Virus record (IMG/VR): IMGVR_UViG_3300007790_000056 | Coordinates: 1 to 36,178 of that record | Source of the DNA: a virus | Length of the DNA: 36,178 nt | Reading direction: 5' to 3' (one strand) | In this document: in pieces, positions 25,044 through 31,724 of the stretch | Layout: every line of letters begins with the position of its first letter | How positions within the stretch are numbered: the stretch's first letter is position 1 | Made by a program: the position numbers and the translations under genes | The notes under the pieces: model-generated | The model's database searches: none | Told to the model about the DNA's origin: nothing | What the model saw: the letters and a program-made list of their open reading frames with translations, nothing else

Positions 25044-25316
25044 ATGTACATTTCAGTTAGGAAAAGAAAGAACCGCTTCGGTGAATTAGGTTTAACGCTT
25101 GGTCTTGCGGAAACGTTTAGAGAAAACGGAGAAATCAAGAATAGAGCGGTCTACGTTGGGACGATTATTGCAGAAGATTTAGTAGCAGGAGAAACACGTA
25201 AACTAGACCGCCAAGTGAAAATGCGCTTAAATGAAGAACAACAGGCTATCTTTTATAGTAAGTTGCCTGATGTAGTAAGCCGTTTCAAATATCTTAAAGA
25301 GAAAGCGGGTGAATAG
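25044..25316 (+). CDS. Hypothetical protein (90 aa)
   Basis: RBS TAGGAGGAA precedes the ATG. No family was recognised. Confidence 0.8.
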   Translation: MYISVRKRKNRFGELGLTLGLAETFRENGEIKNRAVYVGTIIAEDLVAGETRKLDRQVKMRLNEEQQAIFYSKLPDVVSRFKYLKEKAGE

Positions 25317-25317
25317 C

Positions 25318-25524
25318 ATGATGTTTGAAGGTAGCACGAAAGGCATTTCAACAGTAGATAAAATAGAGCAGTCGTACAAGTCGTATTACACAGGACGTGG
25401 TAGCGTCACAATCCAATTAAACCGCACCTTTAAGCAGGAGATTGAAATGCAGAACCGATTATCGTACTTCAGACGTACAGTTGGTAATGAAGCTAGACGC
25501 AGGTTATTAAGATTACTGAATTAG
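25318..25524 (+). CDS. Hypothetical basic protein (68 aa)
   Basis: ATG 25318 lies just after the upstream stop. The alternative is GTG 25309. Confidence 0.6.
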   Translation: MMFEGSTKGISTVDKIEQSYKSYYTGRGSVTIQLNRTFKQEIEMQNRLSYFRRTVGNEARRRLLRLLN

Positions 25525-25541
25525 GAAAGGGTGTAGCAAGA

Positions 25542-25712
25542 ATGTTTTATATTCCATTAGCTATATGTTTAATGCTTATTGTAGTGCTTATTTGTATCAA
25601 GGTAATTGTTGAATCAGATTTTACGACAGTTAAGACGGTCAAGATTCTTATTTTAACCACCGTAGCGATTGCTATATTAATCGCCTGCTTAACACACTAT
25701 AGCCTGCACTAA
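25542..25712 (+). CDS. Small two-TM membrane protein (56 aa), below the track cutoff
   Basis: ATG 25542 follows GGAAAGGGTG. The product is MFYIPLAICLMLIVVLICIKVIVESDFTTVKTVKILILTTVAIAILIACLTHYSLH. A terminator follows. Confidence 0.5.
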   Translation: MFYIPLAICLMLIVVLICIKVIVESDFTTVKTVKILILTTVAIAILIACLTHYSLH

Positions 25713-25723
25713 TATTTAAACAG

Positions 25724-25746
25724 CCCCTTTCAGAGGGGTTTTAGTG
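25724..25746 (+). terminator. Intrinsic terminator
   Basis: CCCCT-ttcag-AGGGG followed by TTTTAGTG. Confidence 0.65.
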
Positions 25747-25771
25747 CGTTTAAGGAAAGGATTGAAGGAGA

Positions 25772-26230
25772 ATGACAAAGGTATTAGCTATTGACCAATC
25801 GTTACTATCAAGCGGTTGGGCGGTGCTTACAGAACACGAATTGATTGATAGAGGGAAAATCAAGTCAGGTTATAAAGAGGACTTCAGGAACATACAGAAG
25901 CAGTTAGAAGCCCTTGTAGACGTTTACGAAGCACATAAGCCTGACGTGGTTATCTTAGAGCAAACAACGTACCAACGAAACGCAGACACCTTTAGAAAGC
26001 TATCAAAGCTATTAGGGGTCATTGAATTATTCTTCTATCAGCAGGGTGTACCGACAGTGATTTATTACCCTAGCACTTGGAGAAGTAAAGTGAAGATTAA
26101 AGGAAAGAAACGAGCCGAGCAGAAGTTAGAAGCTAAGAAGCGGGTTCGTGAAGATTATCAGATTAACGCTTCAGAAGATGAATCAGAAGCAATTCTACTA
26201 GGACTAGCCTACTTAGAAACCAACCAATAG
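25772..26230 (+). CDS. RuvC-like Holliday junction resolvase
   Basis: The N-terminus KVLAIDQSLLSSGWAV carries a catalytic Asp. VILEQT carries a Glu, and there is a C-terminal acidic ASEDESEA segment. At 152 aa it matches the phage RuvC-like resolvases of low-GC Gram-positive phages. Confidence 0.8.
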   Translation: MTKVLAIDQSLLSSGWAVLTEHELIDRGKIKSGYKEDFRNIQKQLEALVDVYEAHKPDVVILEQTTYQRNADTFRKLSKLLGVIELFFYQQGVPTVIYYPSTWRSKVKIKGKKRAEQKLEAKKRVREDYQINASEDESEAILLGLAYLETNQ

Positions 26231-26245
26231 AAAGGAAAATGCAAA

Positions 26246-26809
26246 ATGAATACACATGAAATCGTTAAATTAAATACAATCGAGGGTCTATCACACCTGA
26301 AGGATTATTACCACATATCGAACACAGGAAAGATTTATTCAACGTACCGCCAACCTGAAGGGGAACTAAAAGAGATTGCCCCGTATTTAGTAGGTGCGGG
26401 TTATCAGCAGGTGCAATTAGGAACGAAGCAGGGTGGTTTTAAGAAGCTATACGTCCACCGCTTAGTTGGCATGGTCTTTGTCGAAGGATATGCAGAAGGA
26501 TTAGTCATTAATCACAAGGACGAAAACAAGCTGAATAATCATTACCTGAATCTTGAATGGGTGACGCAAAAGGAAAATATAAACTACGGCACACGTACAA
26601 AACGACAAAGCAAGTCATGTCAGAAGCCATTAGAAGCGATTGACCCACTGACGGGTATTACGTGCCTAGTATTTGAATCAGTAAGAGAAGCAATGGACAA
26701 GGGCTTTTCAGCTAATGGCATTTCAGAAGCGTCTAGGGGTGAATGGTGCAGTCATTTAAAACATGGTGGCACAGACGTATATCGTGGCTACAAATGGCGT
26801 TACGTTTAG
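26246..26809 (+). CDS. Free-standing HNH homing endonuclease (NUMOD4-like N-terminus, HNH_3 core, C-terminal DNA-binding repeat)
   Basis: Motifs are YYHISNTGKIYS, VHRLVGMVF...INHKDENKLNNHYLNLEWVTQKEN, and C-terminal FESVREA...GISEASRG...YRGYKWRY. Confidence 0.85.
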   Translation: MNTHEIVKLNTIEGLSHLKDYYHISNTGKIYSTYRQPEGELKEIAPYLVGAGYQQVQLGTKQGGFKKLYVHRLVGMVFVEGYAEGLVINHKDENKLNNHYLNLEWVTQKENINYGTRTKRQSKSCQKPLEAIDPLTGITCLVFESVREAMDKGFSANGISEASRGEWCSHLKHGGTDVYRGYKWRYV

Positions 26810-26906
26810 TTGGGGGCAACCCCTGACATACATAAGATAAGTTAGCTTATATTATTAGTAAGAGATATATCATAACCAATAGAGAAAAAGAAAAGGGGAA
26901 TTGTAA

Positions 26907-27569
26907 ATGAATGAAGAATACACGTTAGAGGGTTTAGAAGCTATGCTATTGAACTACCACAAGTTAGAGGGGAACGATTACAAGATTGAAGTAGACCGCT
27001 TCTTAGCAAGCGATTTAATCACATATGACATGGCAATTTATATCAGTATGCACTATGCGCTAGAATTAACAGACTTACAGATTGTTCGACTATTAGGTGA
27101 AGGTTATTCGCTCTTGGATATGAAAGAAGCAAGAGAAGAAGTCCTAGAGTGCCTAGAAGCCTTTCTAAGAGGTTTCAAGACGAAGAAGGTAAAATACTAT
27201 AAAGAATTCAATGCACCTGATATAGAGGGTCATTTAAAGCTATTGAAAGCGGGTGTCATTAGTCCAATGTATATCAGTTTCAGTGTAACAAAGGAAGTGA
27301 ATGAACGACTTGCCCAAATGGGTGATGATAACTCTAAGGTGCTTATCGAACAGGAAGCAGGCTATTTCAGACCGAACCTATCTGAAGAAAACTATTGGGA
27401 CGAGAAACCGCTTCGAATTTACAAGACAAATGACTTCGGTCATAAGACAGCAGAAAACGATGAATTCTATAAGCGTGACATGGCGAATAGGGTTACACCT
27501 ACCTATGACGTGGACGTGACCATGTATAATGCAGGACTAGCGAAAAAGGACAGACGAAAGGGGAAATAA
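26907..27569 (+). CDS. Hypothetical protein; possible sigma-region-4/ArpU-like HTH (weak)
   Basis: ISMHYALELTDLQIVRLLGEGYSLLDMKEAREEVLECL loosely fits a sigma r4-type helix-turn-helix pattern. It lies two genes upstream of the late operon. Confidence 0.3.
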   Translation: MNEEYTLEGLEAMLLNYHKLEGNDYKIEVDRFLASDLITYDMAIYISMHYALELTDLQIVRLLGEGYSLLDMKEAREEVLECLEAFLRGFKTKKVKYYKEFNAPDIEGHLKLLKAGVISPMYISFSVTKEVNERLAQMGDDNSKVLIEQEAGYFRPNLSEENYWDEKPLRIYKTNDFGHKTAENDEFYKRDMANRVTPTYDVDVTMYNAGLAKKDRRKGK

Positions 27570-27572
27570 AGC

Positions 27573-28043
27573 ATGGGTATTATTAGAGCATTTGACGAAC
27601 TACCATACGAAGAAGAAGTAAGATTGTATCAGGAACTACAGGACGACTTGCTGAATATCTTTGGCAATGATTCCTATAGTGATGTGGAAGCCCTTAGAGG
27701 TGACTTCCAAGCCCTTATGCTTGACCCTTATTATTCGTACCTGCTTGATAACTATGTACTTAATAACAGGGAATATTATATAGATGTCAATGAGTTATTC
27801 AAGTCTATTACACCGAACCGTTGGAAAGTATGCAAAGTCTGTGGGAAACCATTCTTAGATTACACCACATACAATAAGTCTAAGATATGCTACAGCGCTA
27901 TCTATAAACGATACAGCTTACGCAAGGGGGAATTCTTTACTTCAGCAGGTGAGAAATCAGAATGTTATATGAAGTACAAGAGCAAAGGGTGGCATAAATA
28001 CAATTCGGAAAAGCAAGTTGAAAGACTAATAAGTGAAGGGTAG
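27573..28043 (+). CDS. Hypothetical Cys-containing (CxxC) protein; candidate late regulator by position
   Basis: It contains WKVCKVCGKPF ... C ... C. It is the last gene before the late cassette. Its last 12 codons are encoded by box C. Confidence 0.3.
   Translation: MGIIRAFDELPYEEEVRLYQELQDDLLNIFGNDSYSDVEALRGDFQALMLDPYYSYLLDNYVLNNREYYIDVNELFKSITPNRWKVCKVCGKPFLDYTTYNKSKICYSAIYKRYSLRKGEFFTSAGEKSECYMKYKSKGWHKYNSEKQVERLISEG
28003..28036 (+). repeat. Late-module box, copy C (34 nt identical to copy D)
   Basis: ATTCGGAAAAGCAAGTTGAAAGACTAATAAGTGA encodes NSEKQVERLISE at the C-terminus of 27573..28043. Confidence 0.95.
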
Positions 28044-28062
28044 CGGAAACTGCCTTTCACTT
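28031..28062 (+). promoter_or_regulatory. CGGAAA-loop hairpin H4 (13-bp stem)
   Basis: AAGTGAAGGGTAG-CGGAAA-CTGCCTTTCACTT (2 G-U pairs). It includes the stop codon of 27573..28043 and the 3' end of box C. Confidence 0.7.
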
Positions 28063-28105
28063 CTTTCTGTGATGATTACTCATTGCGGGATTCCTCCTTA
28101 TGTAT

Positions 28106-28173
28106 GGGCGGTAGGATTAACAAGTGATTGGCTATGAAACGCAAATGCCCAAACACTAGCCTATCGCCCTTTT
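28106..28173 (+). terminator. Long imperfect stem-loop terminator closing the middle operon
   Basis: The base stem is GGGCGGTAGG / CCTATCGCCC (one G-U). The inner stem is AGTGATTGG / CCAAACACT. It is followed by TTTTATTA. Confidence 0.6.
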
Positions 28174-28180
28174 ATTATAT

Positions 28181-28245
28181 ACAAGTAAAAATGTTTACAA
28201 GATTACAGATATACATTAACAAGTAAAAATGTTTACAAGATTACA
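28181..28245 (+). promoter_or_regulatory. Late regulatory cassette: perfect 27-nt tandem direct repeat with 11-nt spacer
   Basis: ACAAGTAAAAATGTTTACAAGATTACA occurs at 28181-28207 and 28219-28245. Each unit holds the inverted repeat GTAAA-N4-TTTAC. The cassette ends 15 nt before ATG 28261. A possible weak promoter is TTTACA-17-TAACAA. Confidence 0.8.
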
Positions 28246-28260
28246 AAGGGGTTTTAATTC

Positions 28261-28617
28261 ATGGGATATATTATATGCGCCAATACATTATGCAGACAGC
28301 GTATTAAAGATACAGAGCGGTTCTGTCCTAAGCACAGGGGCGAATCAGATAAGCAGTACAATAAAGACGTGCGGTTCAATAAGGACAATATACAGTATGC
28401 TAGGTTCTATGCTTCCACCGCATGGCGAGAAGTACGGGCGATTAAGTTGTCAATACAGCCTATGTGTGAAGTATGCCTAGAAGCGGGACGGCTAACAGAA
28501 GCAAAGCTAGTCCACCATATCGTAGAGGTAAGGGACGACTACAGCAGACGATTGGACATGGATAACCTACAGTCTATTTGTCAGGCTTGCCATAACGCAC
28601 ACCATAAGAAACAGTAG
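28261..28617 (+). CDS. HNH endonuclease (terminase-associated, packaging type)
   Basis: It carries C...CPKH near the N-terminus and CEVC...HHI...D...NLQSICQACHNAHH. At 118 aa it lies just upstream of cos/TerS, as in HK97-like cos phages. Confidence 0.9.
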   Translation: MGYIICANTLCRQRIKDTERFCPKHRGESDKQYNKDVRFNKDNIQYARFYASTAWREVRAIKLSIQPMCEVCLEAGRLTEAKLVHHIVEVRDDYSRRLDMDNLQSICQACHNAHHKKQ

Positions 28618-28632
28618 AAAGGATTGGTCAAT

Positions 28633-28995
28633 ATGCTAAAGCGAACAGATAGGAAGAAGCGGAAGAAGCAAGATGAAACCCTGCTGACTGAAGCTAAGAA
28701 ACAATTGGCAAGAGTTAAGAGTTTAATTCCGAATATGTATTACACAGAAGTGAAAGCAGAAGATAACCTGATAGAACATACACAAGACATTATCATGAAG
28801 GTGAATAGTCTACAGAAGGAGATAGAAGATACTATCAACCTGTTAGCCCAACGGAGCGGTGTTATTGTACAGGGTCATATCGCCACTATCACCCTAGACT
28901 TAAATGACACCGATAGAGCATTAGACACGCTAGAATTAGCTAACGAATTAGTGTTCAATCAGATGATGAATAAGGACACAGTGATTCAGAAATAA
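28633..28995 (+). CDS. Hypothetical coiled-coil protein (120 aa)
   Basis: ATG 28633 follows GAAAGGA at 9-nt spacing. The track's TTG 28624 is less likely. Confidence 0.65.
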   Translation: MLKRTDRKKRKKQDETLLTEAKKQLARVKSLIPNMYYTEVKAEDNLIEHTQDIIMKVNSLQKEIEDTINLLAQRSGVIVQGHIATITLDLNDTDRALDTLELANELVFNQMMNKDTVIQK

Positions 28996-29250
28996 TTCAG
29001 ATGAAATGTTCTGCGAAAGATTACCAACAAAAAAGAAATTCAGAATTCGAAAAAAGAAAATGAAAAGTTGAAAAAATATTTCAGAAAAAATTACGGGCTA
29101 GATTCAAAAATAAAATTTCAAAAAATTATTTTTACCCCCGCCCCCAAAAATATTTTAAATATTCGACTGCCCCTTTTCTTTGCGAAAAATTCCCGAAATG
29201 AAAGTTTCAAAGTTGACATTACAAGGGAAATTCTGACAGAAAGGAATGAA
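28984..29250. other. Candidate cos / terminase recognition region
   Basis: This AT-rich, A-tract-rich gap lies between the HNH-side genes and TerS. The central G/C island is TTTTTACCCCCGCCCCCAAAAA (CCCCCGCCCCC at 29135-45). (A)TTCAGA reiterations occur at 28984, 28995, 29038 and 29079. The flanking repeat TGCGAAA(G/A)ATT(A/C)CC occurs at 29012-25 and 29181-94. Confidence 0.45.
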
Positions 29251-29255
29251 AAAAC

Positions 29256-29729
29256 ATGGCAAGACCACGTAAATTGTTAGGCACTATGAATAAGAACTTG
29301 ACAAAAGAAGAAATTGAAAAGCGAGAAGAACAGGAATCACGCCTGTATGAATTCGAACACTTGGACATGGACGATGTACCGCAGTTTTTACACAGTGATG
29401 AACGAGCGGTAATAGAGTGGCGCAGGATTATACCACTTATGAGTGAACTACCTATCAGTGAATTGGATAGACAGACTATGGCGCAGTATTGTAAATATGT
29501 TTCAGTGTATGAACAAGCAAGCGAAGGATTAATTGAACAGGGTATCTTGACCGAAGAAGGAAAAGAAAACCCACTATTCAATGTCATGGTCAAGGCTTCC
29601 AAAGAACTGAAGTCAATCACTTCAGCAATGGGTCTAAACATCAACAGTCGAATGAAAATCGTAACGCCTGAAACTGCGGAAGATGATACAGACCCGTTTG
29701 AAAAAATGTACAAGGAAAAGGACAACTAA
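29256..29729 (+). CDS. terS: Terminase small subunit (P27-family-like)
   Basis: 157-aa ORF directly upstream of TerL. Sequence MARPRKLLGT...IEWRRIIPLMSEL...MAQYCKYVSVYEQA is typical of the P27/Terminase_4 type. Confidence 0.85.
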   Translation: MARPRKLLGTMNKNLTKEEIEKREEQESRLYEFEHLDMDDVPQFLHSDERAVIEWRRIIPLMSELPISELDRQTMAQYCKYVSVYEQASEGLIEQGILTEEGKENPLFNVMVKASKELKSITSAMGLNINSRMKIVTPETAEDDTDPFEKMYKEKDN

Positions 29730-29731
29730 CA

Positions 29732-31471
29732 ATGGCTCGAAGAAAAAAGACCATTGATTGGGTGGCTGTCTATATCAAAATGGTGGAGGACGGGGAGATT
29801 CTAGTCCCCAAGACAATTCAGGCGCAGATAGAACGACACCAAAAAGATTTAGAAGAAGCCAAGAACAATCCTGAATATCCGTACTACTTCGATATTGAAG
29901 AAGCTAAGAAGCCGATAGACTTTATTGAAATGCTGATTGACCCTAAGAGCAGACAACCAATGCGCTTGGCAACGTTCCAAAAGTTTACCTTGTCATTGCT
30001 CTATGGGTGGCGCAGGAAGGACAACGGGCTAAGACGTTTCAGAAAGGCTTTCATATCGTTGGCACGTAAGCAGGGTAAGTCTTTATTAATTACAGGTATC
30101 GCCCTGTACGGCATGATTATGGAAAATGAGCCAAGAGGTAACAGACAGATTTACTTCACAGCCAATGCTAAAGACCAAGCCCGCCAAGCCTTCGACAAAA
30201 TGCTGAAGCCACAACTTCGTGCCTTGTGTTCATCATCTAAGTGGGTGAAGAAGAATACAAAGATTCTAGGGAACGAAGTATTATTCAAGCATGACGAAGC
30301 GACAGTAAAACCCCTTGCTTCAGATACGGACACGTTGGACGGTCTTGACGTTTACATCGGTATCTTAGATGAATACGCCTACAGCAAGAACAACAAAATG
30401 ATGGAAGTATTAGAATCTTCACAAGGGCAACAGCTACAGCCAATGATTCTTATTATCTCAACAGCAGGGGACAATCTTAACAGTCCGATGTACACAGAAG
30501 AATATCCATATTCAAAGGAAATTCTAAGAGGGAACGTATCAGATGATTATTATTTACCGCTGATATGGGAACAGGACAGTTTAGAGGAAATAGCCGATTC
30601 AAATATGTGGATTAAATCGAACCCGCTGTTAGAAGTCGAGGAACTACAAGAGAATCTGTATGAGTACCTGAATCGTAAACTAAGCGAAGCGGTTGCTAAA
30701 GGTAATGCCACACTGACGTACACGAAGAACTTCAACCGTTGGTATCAATCAACGAACGATAGTTTCTTAACAGCAGACGAGTGGGCGGATTGTGTAGTCC
30801 AAGAACCTTATGACATTGAGGGACGGGACATATATATCGGTATTGACTTATCTAAGTTTGATGACTTATCTGCTATATCGTGGGCGATTCCTATTGAGGA
30901 AGAAGAAAGGGTCTTAGTTGATTCATTCAGCTTCGTAGGTTGTCGTGGCGGTATACAGAACAAGTCCAAGAGGGACAACGTGGATTATCTACACCTTGAA
31001 AGAGAAGGCTATTGCCAAATCTCACAAGAGGAAGGCGGTATCATTAACTACCACGAAGTTGTTAAGCACGTAATTGATTTTGTACGCAATAACAAGCTGA
31101 ATTTAAAAGGTATCTTCTACGATAGCTACAATGCGAATAACGTTGTACAAGATTTATCTACTGAATTCGGTGAAGAACAGCTAATCGTAGTACGTCAGGG
31201 TCTTAAATCATTGAACCCACCAACGAAACAGCTACGATTAGACGTAATGACCAAGAAGATAGCGCATTATAATAACCCGCTACTTACACGTGCGGTCAAT
31301 AATGCAGTCCTTGATTGGAAGAATGACACGTTTATGGTGAAGAAAATGAAAGGCACAAACAAGATTGACCCGTTGGTAGCCTTAATTGACGCATACACAG
31401 AAGCACTTTATGTAGACTTCACTGAAATGTCAGCAGACGACTATTATAATTCGGACGACTTCAGCTTCTAG
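29732..31471 (+). CDS. terL: Terminase large subunit (Terminase_1 / HK97-like)
   Basis: 579 aa with a Walker A-like ARKQGKS, Walker B-like DEYA and a C-terminal nuclease region (GIDLS...D). It pairs with an HK97-type portal, protease and capsid. Confidence 0.95.
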   Translation: MARRKKTIDWVAVYIKMVEDGEILVPKTIQAQIERHQKDLEEAKNNPEYPYYFDIEEAKKPIDFIEMLIDPKSRQPMRLATFQKFTLSLLYGWRRKDNGLRRFRKAFISLARKQGKSLLITGIALYGMIMENEPRGNRQIYFTANAKDQARQAFDKMLKPQLRALCSSSKWVKKNTKILGNEVLFKHDEATVKPLASDTDTLDGLDVYIGILDEYAYSKNNKMMEVLESSQGQQLQPMILIISTAGDNLNSPMYTEEYPYSKEILRGNVSDDYYLPLIWEQDSLEEIADSNMWIKSNPLLEVEELQENLYEYLNRKLSEAVAKGNATLTYTKNFNRWYQSTNDSFLTADEWADCVVQEPYDIEGRDIYIGIDLSKFDDLSAISWAIPIEEEERVLVDSFSFVGCRGGIQNKSKRDNVDYLHLEREGYCQISQEEGGIINYHEVVKHVIDFVRNNKLNLKGIFYDSYNANNVVQDLSTEFGEEQLIVVRQGLKSLNPPTKQLRLDVMTKKIAHYNNPLLTRAVNNAVLDWKNDTFMVKKMKGTNKIDPLVALIDAYTEALYVDFTEMSADDYYNSDDFSF

Positions 31472-31496
31472 TGGGGTCGAGAAAGGGGAAAAAGTA

Positions 31497-31703
31497 ATGT
31501 TAAATAAATTAGCAATGATGATTGGGGCAGGATTATCTAAGATAAACTTTGGTTTTGTCCTATTTGTAGTAGGGTTGGTATTCGTTGCCTACGGTTTCTT
31601 CCTGCTATCATTCGTAGCGGGTATCTTCGCAGTAGGTATTATTACAACCGTTGTATCATTTATCGTGGACGGTGCGACACAAGCAAGTAAAGACAACCAA
31701 TAA
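31497..31703 (+). CDS. Small two-TM membrane protein between TerL and portal
   Basis: 68 aa with RBS GAAAGGGGAAAAAG. It has two hydrophobic helices. Confidence 0.6.
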   Translation: MLNKLAMMIGAGLSKINFGFVLFVVGLVFVAYGFFLLSFVAGIFAVGIITTVVSFIVDGATQASKDNQ

Positions 31704-31724
31704 TAAGAAAAGGAAGTGGAAGTA

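Noticed and set aside
28181-28245. Tandem 27-nt perfect repeats with an 11-nt spacer could be read as a mini CRISPR array.
   Set aside because: There are only two units, the spacer is far too short, there are no cas genes, and an inverted copy sits in front of another gene. This behaves as a regulatory cassette.
16915-28245. The inverted 65-bp cassettes flank the entire 11.3-kb early/middle region, which suggests an invertible segment.
   Set aside because: No invertase or recombinase gene is present. Each cassette is positioned correctly as an upstream element of a gene in the present orientation. Inversion would point both late-type units at nothing.
27301-28480. Overlapping + strand ORFs 27301..27519 and 28229..28480.
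   Set aside because: They are out-of-frame overlaps with better-supported genes (26907..27569 and the HNH gene 28261..28617). The 28229 start lies inside the late cassette and has no RBS.
29068-29280. A 70-aa + strand ORF (TTG start in the track) lies in the HNH-TerS gap.
   Set aside because: It is a Lys/Phe/Asn-rich translation of A/T-tract DNA. It has no RBS, runs into the TerS start, and the region is better explained as the cos/terminase recognition site.
29219-29725. A 168-aa minus-strand ORF lies antisense to the terminase small subunit gene.
   Set aside because: It has no RBS and overlaps a confidently assigned gene entirely. Its composition is typical of antisense frames.
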